This document shows, in pieces, positions 19,117 through 27,875 of a stretch of 64,000 nucleotides of DNA. The notes under the pieces were generated by a model, which saw nothing but the letters and a program-made list of their open reading frames with translations, was not told the DNA's origin and did no database searches. The stretch is from Thermoanaerobaculia bacterium. GTDB lineage: Bacteria; Acidobacteriota; Thermoanaerobaculia; Multivoradales; UBA5704. The first letter of the stretch is position 1. Each line of letters opens with the position of its first letter. The translations under genes and the position numbers were made by a program. Location of the stretch: positions 12,059 through 76,058 of the forward strand of contig DASXXC010000069.1 of assembly GCA_036503335.1 (NCBI GenBank), written 5' to 3'.

Positions 19117-21537
19117 ATGCTCCAGGATCTCAAATACGGGCTCCGCCGCCTGCGGCAGAGCCCCGGCTTCACTCTGATCGCGGTGCTCGCCCTGGGACTG
19201 GGAATCGGGGCAAACACGGCGATCTTCAGCCTGCTCGACGCGGTCGTCCTGCGCCCGCTCCCCTATCCCGATCCCGGCCGCATGGTGCGGATCTGGCTCC
19301 ACTCGGAGGAAGAGGGGCTGAGCCAGAGCCCGTCCTCCGTCCCCCGCCTGCGGATGCTGCGCGAGGCCGGGCTGTTCGCCGCCCTCACCGCCTATCACGA
19401 CGAGGACTTCAACCTCACCGAGCGGGAAGATCCCCAGGTGCTCCACGGCGAGCGGATCGACCGCGAATTCTTCGCCGTCTGGGGGATCGCGCCGCTGCTC
19501 GGGCGCCGCTTCACCGCGGCCGAGGACCAGAAGGGAGGCGCCGACGTGGTGATGCTGAGCGCCGGCTTCTGGCGGCGGCGCTTCGGCGGCGATCCGGGGA
19601 TCGTCGGTAAATCCATCCGACTGGAGGGGAGGCCCCATACCGTGGTGGGCGTGATGCCGGACGTCCTCCGCTTCCCCTTCCGGGACGTCCAGGTCTGGCT
19701 GCCCCGGGCGCAGGAGATGGCGCTGCTCCCCGAAGCGACGGTCGAGCGCGGAGCCGGCTTTCTCGATCTCGCGGCGCGGCTCAAAGCCGGGACCTCCTTG
19801 GAAGCCGCGCGCGGAGAGGCCCAGAGGATCGGGGACCGGTACACGAAAACCTTTCCGTCGAATCTCGACGCGCCCTTCCGCTTCCAGCTCGGGCCGATGG
19901 CCGACCAGCTGGTCGGCGGCGAGCTCCGCTCCCGGCTGGGGCTGCTGCTGGGGGCGGTGGCGCTGGTGCTGCTGATCGCCTGCGCCGACGTGGCCAACCT
20001 GCTGCTGGTGCAGGGGCTGGCGCGGCGCAAGGAGGTGGCGATCCGCATGGCGATGGGCGCCAGCGCCGGCCGGGTGATCCGCCAGCAGGTGGCCGAAGGG
20101 GTGGCCCTCGCCCTGCTCGGCAGCCTGGTGGGCCTGGCGCTGGCCTGGGCGGGCTTACGGCTGCTGATCGCCGCGCACCCCGCCAACCTGCCGCGGCTCG
20201 ACCAGGTGGGGATCGACGGCCGGGTGCTCCTCTTCACCCTCCTCCTCTCCCTGCTGACCGGCGTGCTGTTCTCGCTGATTCCGGCCCTCCAGAGCCTGCG
20301 CGCCGGAGCGGCCGAGCAGCTCAAGGAGGGCTCCCGCGGGACCACCACCGGCCCGGGCCGCTCCCGCGCCCAGGGACTGTTCGTGGCCGCCGAGGTCGCC
20401 CTGGCGCTGGTGCTGCTGATCGGGGCGACGCTGCTGATCGGGAGCTTCCGGCGTCTCACCGAGGTGGACCTCGGATTCAATCCCACCCGGCTGCTCTCGA
20501 TGCAGCTCTCGCTTCCCTCTACCAAGTACCCGGACCGCGGTACGCAGCGGGTCTTCTATGAGACCGTGCTGGAGCGCGTGCGGTCGCTCCCCGGCGTCGA
20601 GTCGGCAGCGATGGCCGACTACCTCCCCATTCAAGGGTCGGCGCAGGCGCCCGTCGCCGCCGAGGGGCATCCGCCCGCCACGCCGGCCGACCGCACCTAC
20701 GCCTTCATGATGAACGTGAGCCCCGGCTTCTTCCGCACCCTGGAAACGCCGCTGGTGAAGGGGACCGATTTCGATCCCGGCATGCCGCCCGACGCGCCAA
20801 TCACCGCCGTGATCAACGAGTCGATGGCGCGCCGGTACTTTCCGGGTCAGGACCCGGTACGCAAGCGGCTGATCCTGGGGAAATATCCCGTGGAGATCGT
20901 GGGGGTGACGCGCGACGTCCAGCAGCTCGGCCCGGAGGTCCGCAACACCCCCGGCTTCTTCCTCCCCCTCCGCCGCCACGGCGAGCTGCCGATGCCGGTG
21001 ATGCACCTGCTGGTGCGCACCACTCTGCCGCCGGAGCAGGTCGCCGCGAGCGTCCGCCGCGCGGTGACCGCCGTGGACCCCGAGCAGCCGGTGGCGGACG
21101 TCGAGACCCTGGAGAGGGTGGTGGCCGACGCGCTGGCCGGCCGCCGTCTGACCATGGCCCTGCTCTCCGGCTTCTCGGCGGTGGCGCTGCTCCTCTGCGC
21201 CCTGGGGATCTACGGTCTGATCGCCCACTCGGTCACCGCCCGGCGGCAGGAGATCGGGGTGCGGATAGCCCTCGGAGCGCGTCAGGACCAGGTGCTGGGC
21301 ACGGTGATCCTGCAAGGCCTCCGCTGGGTGCTGCTCGGCCTCGCCGCCGGCCTGGCCGCCGCCCTCCTCCTCTCACGGACCCTGTCGGGCCTGCTCTACG
21401 GGGTGAGCGCCCGCGATCCGCTCTACTACCTGACGGCCCCGCTCGCCCTCGGCCTGATCGCCCTGCTCGCCTGCTACCTCCCCGCCCGCCGCGCCACCGA
21501 CGTGGAGCCGGCGGTGACGTTGCGGGCGGAGGAGTGA
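19117..21537 (+). CDS. ADOP-family duplicated MacB/FtsX-type permease
   Basis: N-terminus MLQDLKYGLRRLRQSPGFTLIAVLALGLGIGANTAIFS is the classic ADOP signature. 806 aa with two FtsX-like halves. Begins 13 nt after the radical SAM stop. Confidence 0.9.
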   Translation: MLQDLKYGLRRLRQSPGFTLIAVLALGLGIGANTAIFSLLDAVVLRPLPYPDPGRMVRIWLHSEEEGLSQSPSSVPRLRMLREAGLFAALTAYHDEDFNLTEREDPQVLHGERIDREFFAVWGIAPLLGRRFTAAEDQKGGADVVMLSAGFWRRRFGGDPGIVGKSIRLEGRPHTVVGVMPDVLRFPFRDVQVWLPRAQEMALLPEATVERGAGFLDLAARLKAGTSLEAARGEAQRIGDRYTKTFPSNLDAPFRFQLGPMADQLVGGELRSRLGLLLGAVALVLLIACADVANLLLVQGLARRKEVAIRMAMGASAGRVIRQQVAEGVALALLGSLVGLALAWAGLRLLIAAHPANLPRLDQVGIDGRVLLFTLLLSLLTGVLFSLIPALQSLRAGAAEQLKEGSRGTTTGPGRSRAQGLFVAAEVALALVLLIGATLLIGSFRRLTEVDLGFNPTRLLSMQLSLPSTKYPDRGTQRVFYETVLERVRSLPGVESAAMADYLPIQGSAQAPVAAEGHPPATPADRTYAFMMNVSPGFFRTLETPLVKGTDFDPGMPPDAPITAVINESMARRYFPGQDPVRKRLILGKYPVEIVGVTRDVQQLGPEVRNTPGFFLPLRRHGELPMPVMHLLVRTTLPPEQVAASVRRAVTAVDPEQPVADVETLERVVADALAGRRLTMALLSGFSAVALLLCALGIYGLIAHSVTARRQEIGVRIALGARQDQVLGTVILQGLRWVLLGLAAGLAAALLLSRTLSGLLYGVSARDPLYYLTAPLALGLIALLACYLPARRATDVEPAVTLRAEE

Positions 21538-21576
21538 GAGGGCGACAGCATAGTTATAGCCAATAATGAATAGCTC

Positions 21577-21605
21577 TTGCGGTACGTCTCCAGGCGGTCT
21601 ATACT
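21577..21605 (+). promoter_or_regulatory. Putative sigma-70-type promoter of STAS-like gene copy A
   Basis: TTGCGG-17-TATACT. The same architecture is conserved upstream of copy B. Confidence 0.45.
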
Positions 21606-21695
21606 CAGATCACCTTTTTGTCTATCGCCGCAGCACGTAGCGAGTACGGGTGAAGGTGCTCATGGATGGACCCTGGTCCATCGGGAGGAGTGTTC

Positions 21696-22130
21696 ATGCC
21701 TACTGCCGTAATGTTCAAAAGCCATCAATGCGGTCAGCAAGTCACCAGTCTGGAGCTTCCGGATATCGTCCATCTGCGGCTGCAAGGGACGGTCACGGTG
21801 GAGGAAGCCAAGAGCATCAACGAAGCCCATCTGGAGTATGCGCAGGACGTCAGCCACTTCTTCTACATGATCGACCTCGGGGACCTGGGGGACCTGCCCG
21901 CCGCCGCGCGCAGAGAGGCTTCCTCGACCCTGAAGATCCTGCCCGTCCGCGGCACAGTGGTCTACAACGCTCCGTTGCGCGCCCGGGTCCTCGCCAAACT
22001 GCTGCTCACCGCCGCCAGCCTCTTCCGGAAGGGTGAGGAAAGCAATCCGATCCTCTTCGCGGATTCCGAGGAGGAGGCCAGGGCCGTCGTCGCCAAGCGC
22101 CGGCAGCACATCGGCGAAGTCGCGGCGTAG
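21696..22130 (+). CDS. STAS/SpoIIAA-like small protein, copy A
   Basis: 144 aa from the ATG at 21696, after GGGAGGAG. Closely similar along its whole length to the 144-aa product of 26261-26695. Confidence 0.75.
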   Translation: MPTAVMFKSHQCGQQVTSLELPDIVHLRLQGTVTVEEAKSINEAHLEYAQDVSHFFYMIDLGDLGDLPAAARREASSTLKILPVRGTVVYNAPLRARVLAKLLLTAASLFRKGEESNPILFADSEEEARAVVAKRRQHIGEVAA

Positions 22131-22135
22131 CGGCA

Positions 22136-22157
22136 GGGGCGCGGCACGCCGCGCCCC
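22136..22157. terminator. GC-rich hairpin between convergent genes
   Basis: ggggcgcg-gcacgc-cgcgcccc. No T-tract. Confidence 0.3.
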
Positions 22158-22172
22158 CGTGCCCATCCAGCC

Positions 22173-24206
22173 TCAGTGGCTCTGGTCGTAGGCCTGCAGA
22201 GCGCTGGCCCGGAAGCGGGCGGTCTCGGTCGTGGTCAGCAGGCCGGCCCCTTTGATCTCCCCGAGAGCCTTGTCGACACAGGCGGTGTAGGCCGTGCGGC
22301 TGGGCCACTTGATGCTGAAGTCGCACGGGATCTCGGGGAAACGGACCTTCTCTCCCGCCTGCACCGCGTAGAGGCGGTTCTTGACGCCACCCTGCCACTG
22401 CACCTCGACCAGGCCGCGCCGCGACTTGCCGAGGCCGAAGTGCGCCAGCAGGCTGTCCTCGGAGGCGTGGCTGGAGCCGCCCAGGATCGGCTGAGTGGCC
22501 GTGCCACCGCCGGCCCGGGTGAAGCGGAGGATCGCGCCGATGCCGTCCCGGTTGTTGCGGCCTCCCGAGGTGATCCCCACCGTGCCGACCGTCTGCACGT
22601 TCACCCAGTTGTTGCCGTTGCCCCCGCTGTTGAGCTCGACCGCCAGGGTGCCGGGCAGGAGCGGCACGCCGCTCCACTGGAAGGTGCCGTCCCCCTGCGG
22701 AATCCACGAGGGGATGAAGCTGGCCTTGCCCTGATAGGGCCCGCCCGGGCCGAACGGGAAGGCGATCGCCGGGAAGAAGGGCGCGCCCTCGACGTCGGAG
22801 ACCGAGACGATGTCCTCGAAACCGTCGCCGTTGAGGTCCCCCGTGGCCACGCCGTGATCGTTGCGCCGCAGGGCGTCGAGCGAGCCGTCATAGGCGGCGA
22901 GGTCGAGCCGGAAATGGGCGTGGCCGTCGTTGTGGAGCAGCGAGCGGGGGTTCGAGCGATCGACGATCGGGCCCGCGTCGTAGCCGCCGTAGGAGACGAT
23001 GTCGAAGTTGCCGTCGTTGTCGTAGTCGAGGGCCGAGGCGCCCCACCCCCAGCCGGAGCCGACCAGGTCGCCGACCCCCTGATCGCTGAAGTGCCCCGTG
23101 CCGTCGTTGAGCAGCCAGCGCGACGTCATATCGCCCGTGGCGTACGGGAGCCCGAACAGCGGCATGAGCCAGTCGCCGATGTTCGTCACGTAGAAGTCGA
23201 GCGTGCCGTTGCCGTCGAAGTCGGCCACCGCGAACCCCATGTAGTCGCCGGTCTGGGTCAGGCCCGAGGCGGCGGTGACGTCGGTGAAGTGGGCCTTGCC
23301 GTCGTTCTTGAGGAGCCGGACGAAGCCCCGGTTGAAGCCGCCGTACTTGAAAGAGGGGATCGTCCCCTGGTCGTTGGCCGTCAGGATGTCGATGTCGCCG
23401 TCGCCGTCGACGTCGAACATCGCCACACCCCAGGTGATGTCGCGGACGTTCTGGACACCTGAGGCCGCGCTGACGTCCTTGAAGCGGTTGCCTCCCATGT
23501 TGAGGAAGACTTGGTTGTCCTCGTTGAGCGCCCAGGGCTCGGCGAGGAGCGCCGCCTTGGAAACCCAGTCGAACGTATGGGCGATGAAGATGTCGAGCCG
23601 GCCGTCGCCGTTGAGGTCGGCCATAGCGCAGGACGACGGGTCGAAATCGGCGTCCCTGCCGATGTCGCTGCCCGCCAGGTTGCTGATCTCGACGAAGTGC
23701 CCTCCCTGGTTCTCGTAGAGGCGGTTGGCCCCTTTGCGGCCCAGGACCAGCAGGTCGGGGTCGCCGTCGTTGTCGATATCGCCGAAGCAGACGCCGGTCG
23801 AGTCCTGCTCGGTGGCCGCCGCGCCGGCGGCGCCAGGGACCAGCTCGAGCGAGAAGTGTCCATCCTCGGAGAGCCGGTTGCGGTAGAGGGCGTTGTCCTT
23901 GCCAGGGCCGTTGGTGACGTAGATGTCGAGGTCGCCGTCGCCGTCGTAGTCGAGGAGGGCAACGCCCGGCGCGCCGAAGCTCTTCACCGGGTAGTTGAAC
24001 AGCAGGGTGCCGAGATCGACGCGCCCGCGCTGCCGCAGCTCATCGGCCAGCGCTTTGGTGGTGGACGGCTCGCGCTGATAGGTGATGCCGTTCTCGGCGG
24101 TGGCGAAATTGTGGAACGTGACCCCGCCCAGAGGCTGGGCTGAGACGGGGAGCGCCGTGGCGGCCAGAGCGAGGCCGGCGACGGCCGAAACGAAAATTCG
24201 GTTCAT
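22173..24206 (-). CDS. Secreted FG-GAP/VCBS-repeat protein with an ASPIC/UnbV C-terminal domain (CRTAC1-like)
   Basis: Signal peptide. Repeated D.DGDGD.D calcium-binding FG-GAP motifs. C-terminal GRNNRDGIGA...GGSSHASEDS...HFGLG motif. Confidence 0.85.
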   Translation of the reverse strand: MNRIFVSAVAGLALAATALPVSAQPLGGVTFHNFATAENGITYQREPSTTKALADELRQRGRVDLGTLLFNYPVKSFGAPGVALLDYDGDGDLDIYVTNGPGKDNALYRNRLSEDGHFSLELVPGAAGAAATEQDSTGVCFGDIDNDGDPDLLVLGRKGANRLYENQGGHFVEISNLAGSDIGRDADFDPSSCAMADLNGDGRLDIFIAHTFDWVSKAALLAEPWALNEDNQVFLNMGGNRFKDVSAASGVQNVRDITWGVAMFDVDGDGDIDILTANDQGTIPSFKYGGFNRGFVRLLKNDGKAHFTDVTAASGLTQTGDYMGFAVADFDGNGTLDFYVTNIGDWLMPLFGLPYATGDMTSRWLLNDGTGHFSDQGVGDLVGSGWGWGASALDYDNDGNFDIVSYGGYDAGPIVDRSNPRSLLHNDGHAHFRLDLAAYDGSLDALRRNDHGVATGDLNGDGFEDIVSVSDVEGAPFFPAIAFPFGPGGPYQGKASFIPSWIPQGDGTFQWSGVPLLPGTLAVELNSGGNGNNWVNVQTVGTVGITSGGRNNRDGIGAILRFTRAGGGTATQPILGGSSHASEDSLLAHFGLGKSRRGLVEVQWQGGVKNRLYAVQAGEKVRFPEIPCDFSIKWPSRTAYTACVDKALGEIKGAGLLTTTETARFRASALQAYDQSH

Positions 24207-24219
24207 GGTCCTGGCCTCC

Positions 24220-25938
24220 TCAAAGGGTGATCTTGGTGCCGTCGAAGCGGGTGAACGTGCAGCCTGAGCTGGGCTCGGGGAAGAGCGCCTTCTGATCGCG
24301 AATGATGCTGAGCGCCAGCTCCTCGCCCAGATGGAGGGACGCCTGGGCGTCCGAGCGCCAGTGGACGCCGGCGACGTTGCGGGCGGTGGCGATGTTCGAG
24401 GCGAGCTTGTTGAGCTCGCCGCCGATGGTGAGCGGCGGCCCCTGGTACGGCTGCAGAGCCAAGCCGTCCGGCGTGGGGACGACGGGCTGGCTGATGACGA
24501 AATTCTCGTCGAAAAACCATTTGAGGATGGTCACGCAGGCGCCGGCCACGGTCGCGTGCCCCGCCGTGTAGGACGGGTGGGTCGGACACCCCTCCGGGAA
24601 GGCCATGGGGAGCAGGCCCGTGCCGTTCTTGCTGAGCACCCGGCTGACCGCCTTCGACTCCAGGATGTCGCGGTGCAGGATGCCGGGGTAGCGGTTCGAC
24701 TTGACCTGTTGATGGACCAAGCCGCCGAATTCCTCCGGCCGCAGGCGCCGGTGGACCTGCCACTTCTGGTGCCACGTGGTCTTGAGCGCCCGCGTCGCCA
24801 CCTCGCACAGCAGGGTCTTGATGTGCGGCGTGCCCCAGCAGACGAAGCCCGCCTGATTGCGGACGGAAAAGTAAGGGTTTCCGGGATTGAAGGGCGCCCC
24901 GATGCCGCCGTCGGTCTCCGCGTCGAAGACGTTGGTCGGCGAGCCGAGGATCAGGCAGGCGGTGAAGTACGCCTGGAACAGGACGTCGTTGTGGACCCAT
25001 TCGCTGAGGTCGCGGCCGTTGCGGATGTGCCGGCGCTCCGGGTCCGGACGCGAAAAGAACGCGCCGAAGCCGTTCTGGGTGTCCAGCCAGTCGGAGTACT
25101 TGGTCAGGTGGTCGCCGCCGGGGAGCTGGGTCTGGATCCTGCGGTCGATGTACTCGGCCCCGAACGGCGCCGGCAGCCAGAGGAACTGCGAGATATAGGG
25201 GCCATTGAGACTGCCCGGGAGCGGATCGCGGAACAGGCTCTGGGCGGTCACTTTGCCGTTGACCCGCGGGCCCTTGAAATCCGACAGGGCGTTGAGCTCC
25301 GCCACCGCCGCCGCCACGTCCTGGTTTCCTTCGTAGTCGAGGAAATTGACGTCGCGCAGTTGGGACATCCAGTAGAGCTCGACCCCCTCCCCCGCCTGCT
25401 CGGCGCTGGCGAGCGCCGGCGCCGGCGGCGCCGCGAGGTCCCAGGCGTCCACTCCTTCCAGGTCGAACGCCAGGCCACCCATCGGATTGGTGAGCCGCCG
25501 CCCGCCGCTGGTCCGGATGGCCGCATAGTCCGCCGCCGCGCCGGTGTCGGCCGCCTGGAGCAGGGTGCCGTAGGCGTCGGGGTCCACCTCGCCGAACGAG
25601 TTGTGCGGCAGCCCCTTGGAATAGTTGCCGATCCGGTTGGGGTAGCGGTCCTCGTCACCATTCGAGGTGTGCAGGACCAGCGGCGCCTTGCGGTGTGCCT
25701 TGGCGGCCTGATAGCGGATCTGGTAGGCCGCCTCGCGGCGGGCCGCCGCCCTGGCCATCTCGGGGGACTGCCTCTTGGCTTCCGACAGGACCCCCGCCCC
25801 ATCCTCGGCGAGCTCGCCCGCGCTCGCGGTACCGACCGTCAGCGCGACCGCCGCGCCGCCGACGCCACCGAGGAACTGCCGGCGGCTCAGGGGCGCGGGC
25901 CGGCAGTCCTCTTTTTTCCACTTCTCGTTTCCAGACAT
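24220..25938 (-). CDS. Vanadium-dependent haloperoxidase / PAP2-superfamily protein with a Tat signal
   Basis: Start MSGNEKW at 25938, after GGAGGGAGG. Twin-arginine motif SRRQFLGG. C-terminal HPSYTAGHAT and ARNVAGVHWRSD motifs. 13-nt gap to the downstream FG-GAP gene. Confidence 0.75.
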   Translation of the reverse strand: MSGNEKWKKEDCRPAPLSRRQFLGGVGGAAVALTVGTASAGELAEDGAGVLSEAKRQSPEMARAAARREAAYQIRYQAAKAHRKAPLVLHTSNGDEDRYPNRIGNYSKGLPHNSFGEVDPDAYGTLLQAADTGAAADYAAIRTSGGRRLTNPMGGLAFDLEGVDAWDLAAPPAPALASAEQAGEGVELYWMSQLRDVNFLDYEGNQDVAAAVAELNALSDFKGPRVNGKVTAQSLFRDPLPGSLNGPYISQFLWLPAPFGAEYIDRRIQTQLPGGDHLTKYSDWLDTQNGFGAFFSRPDPERRHIRNGRDLSEWVHNDVLFQAYFTACLILGSPTNVFDAETDGGIGAPFNPGNPYFSVRNQAGFVCWGTPHIKTLLCEVATRALKTTWHQKWQVHRRLRPEEFGGLVHQQVKSNRYPGILHRDILESKAVSRVLSKNGTGLLPMAFPEGCPTHPSYTAGHATVAGACVTILKWFFDENFVISQPVVPTPDGLALQPYQGPPLTIGGELNKLASNIATARNVAGVHWRSDAQASLHLGEELALSIIRDQKALFPEPSSGCTFTRFDGTKITL

Positions 25939-26141
25939 AGGCAATCCTCCCTCCCGACAGGGCTGTCGCTGGACACACGGAGGCCCCGTGGTGGCGCAGC
26001 CCAAGAATGAATTCGTGCTTGGGCTTCCCGGCCCGGCAGCTGGACAGGGAGCGTCTTCTCGTAGGCGGAGACCGTGCCCCTACAGTGCCGGCGACCGCGA
26101 GAAGAGGGACACTTCAGGTGGATCGCGAAGAAGAAAAGATC

Positions 26142-26170
26142 TTGCGATACGACTTCAGGCGTTCTATACT
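26142..26170 (+). promoter_or_regulatory. Putative sigma-70-type promoter of STAS-like gene copy B
   Basis: TTGCGA-17-TATACT, homologous to 21577-21605. Confidence 0.45.
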
Positions 26171-26260
26171 GAGGCCACATTCGAAGTCTGCCGCAGTGCG
26201 TAGCGGGGTGCGGTGCGAGGCGCTCATGATGGGCCCTGGTTCCCTGTGAGGAGTGTCGCC

Positions 26261-26695
26261 ATGCCTACTGCCACAATGTTCAAAAGCAGTCAGATTGGTC
26301 GTCAATTCACCGGCCTGGAGCTTCCGGACATCGTCCACCTGCGGCTGCAAGGGCAGGTCACGCTGGAGGAAGCCAAGCTCATCAACGAAGCGCACATCGA
26401 GTACGGGCAGGACGTCACCCACTTCTTCTATATGATCGATCTCGCGGACCTCGACGATCTGCCCGCCGCCGTGCGCAGGGAGGCCTCCGGGGTCGTCAAG
26501 ATCCTCCCCCTCCGGGGCACCGTGGTCTACAACGCCCCGTTGCGCGCCAAGGTTCTCGCCAAGCTGCTGCTCACCGCCGCCAGCCTCTTCCGCAAAGGGG
26601 AGGAGAGCAATCCGGTCTTCTTCGCGGACACCGAGGAGGAGGCCAGGGCCTTGATCCAGAGGCGCCGGCAGCACCTCGGCCTTGCCGCGGCCTGA
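26261..26695 (+). CDS. STAS/SpoIIAA-like small protein, copy B
   Basis: 144 aa from the ATG at 26261. Paralog of 21696-22130, with the promoter and about 85 nt of leader also conserved. Confidence 0.75.
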   Translation: MPTATMFKSSQIGRQFTGLELPDIVHLRLQGQVTLEEAKLINEAHIEYGQDVTHFFYMIDLADLDDLPAAVRREASGVVKILPLRGTVVYNAPLRAKVLAKLLLTAASLFRKGEESNPVFFADTEEEARALIQRRRQHLGLAAA

Positions 26696-26701
26696 GCGCC
26701 A

Positions 26702-26744
26702 GGGTTGCGTCAATCCTGATCAGAGATCAGATTTGACGCAACCC
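26702..26744. terminator. Long hairpin between convergent genes (candidate bidirectional terminator)
   Basis: gggttgcgtcaatcctgatc-aga-gatcagatttgacgcaaccc. 20-bp stem with 2 mismatches. Confidence 0.45.
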
Positions 26745-26749
26745 GCTCC

Positions 26750-27811
26750 TCAGATCAACCCCCGCGACGAGAGCTCTTCCTTCAGATAGGCGTAGTAGAT
26801 CGGCGCCGCCACCAGGCCCGCCATGCCGAAGGCCGCCTCCATGACCAGCATCGCCAGCAGGAGCTCCCAGGCCCGGGCCTTGATCTCGCCCCCCACGATC
26901 CGCGCGTTGACGAAGTATTCGAGCTTGTGGATCACGATCAGGAAGACCAGCGCGCCGAGCGCGGCGCCCGCGGAATAGGAGAGGCTGACCACCACGATGA
27001 CCGTGTTCGAGATCAGATTGCCGATCACCGGCAGCAGGCCGGCGAGGAAGGTCAGGACGATCAGCGTTTTGATGAGAGGCAGCTTGACGCCGAGCAGAGG
27101 CAGCAGAACGGCCAGATAGATGGCGGTGAGCGCGGTGTTGAGCGCCGAGATCCGTACCTGGGCGAAGACGATGCGCCGGAAGGCCTCGCCGAGGCGGCGG
27201 GAGCGCTCGGCCAGGGCCTCGGCCAGGGGTCCCCGGGAGCCGGCCTTCGCCACCTCTCCCAGCGAGACCAGGGCGCCGATCACCATGCCGATCAGCGCGT
27301 GGAGAAAGCCCTTTCCGACCTGGGCGCCGAACGTCTGGAGCTCCCCGGCGTGCACGCGCAGCCAGGTGACCCCGGCGTTCTTCAGCTCCTCGGCGTTGTC
27401 CGGGATCTCGGCGGCGATCCCCGCGGGGAGGCGCCGCTTGGAGGTCTCGAGGATGTCCGCCATCTGGCCGAACAGCGCCGGGAGGCCCGCCGCCGGCCCG
27501 CCGCGGCCCCGGGAGAAGGCGATGACCCCGACCACGGCGAGGATCAAGACCGCGATGACGATCACCGCCAGGATGGCCACCGCCCACCGCTTTCCCGCCT
27601 GCTGAGGGCCGCGGATGAAAGGCAGCCTGGCGCTGAGGATGTGCACCAGCTCGTAGACCGCGAGCCCGCCCAGCAGCGCCGACAACAGGTGCAGATGGAG
27701 GACCAGGACCAGCGCCAGAGCGGCGAGGAGCCAGGACGCGATCTCGACGGTCGAGGGTCGGGGCCGCGCCCCGGCGGCGGGAGCAGAGTCGGTCTTCAAG
27801 GCTTTGGGCAT
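26750..27811 (-). CDS. AI-2E (PerM) family transporter
   Basis: Start MPKALKT at 27811. About 353 aa with multiple TM segments and the typical AI-2E C-terminal region LLPVIGNLISNTVIVVV...IHKLEYFVN. Confidence 0.8.
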   Translation of the reverse strand: MPKALKTDSAPAAGARPRPSTVEIASWLLAALALVLVLHLHLLSALLGGLAVYELVHILSARLPFIRGPQQAGKRWAVAILAVIVIAVLILAVVGVIAFSRGRGGPAAGLPALFGQMADILETSKRRLPAGIAAEIPDNAEELKNAGVTWLRVHAGELQTFGAQVGKGFLHALIGMVIGALVSLGEVAKAGSRGPLAEALAERSRRLGEAFRRIVFAQVRISALNTALTAIYLAVLLPLLGVKLPLIKTLIVLTFLAGLLPVIGNLISNTVIVVVSLSYSAGAALGALVFLIVIHKLEYFVNARIVGGEIKARAWELLLAMLVMEAAFGMAGLVAAPIYYAYLKEELSSRGLI

Positions 27812-27828
27812 TCTCCTCTCATTGTACC

Positions 27829-27875
27829 TTGACACCGTCCCAGCCCCGCGACATACTTTTGAACGATGGTTCAAA
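27829..27875 (+). promoter_or_regulatory. tetR promoter with a palindromic operator overlapping the start codon
   Basis: TTGACA (27829-27834), 17-nt spacer, CATACT (27852-27857). Perfect palindrome TTTGAAC-GATG-GTTCAAA (27858-27875) includes the ATG at 27866. No SD, so a leaderless or near-leaderless mRNA is implied. Confidence 0.45.

Noticed and set aside
26074-26090. A sigma-54-like sequence on the minus strand (cGGCACtgtagGGGCA) upstream of the haloperoxidase gene.
   Set aside because: The GG/GC spacing is right, but the -12 TT and the flanking T are missing (four mismatches). It also resembles a GTAG-type REP fragment. This is too weak to call.
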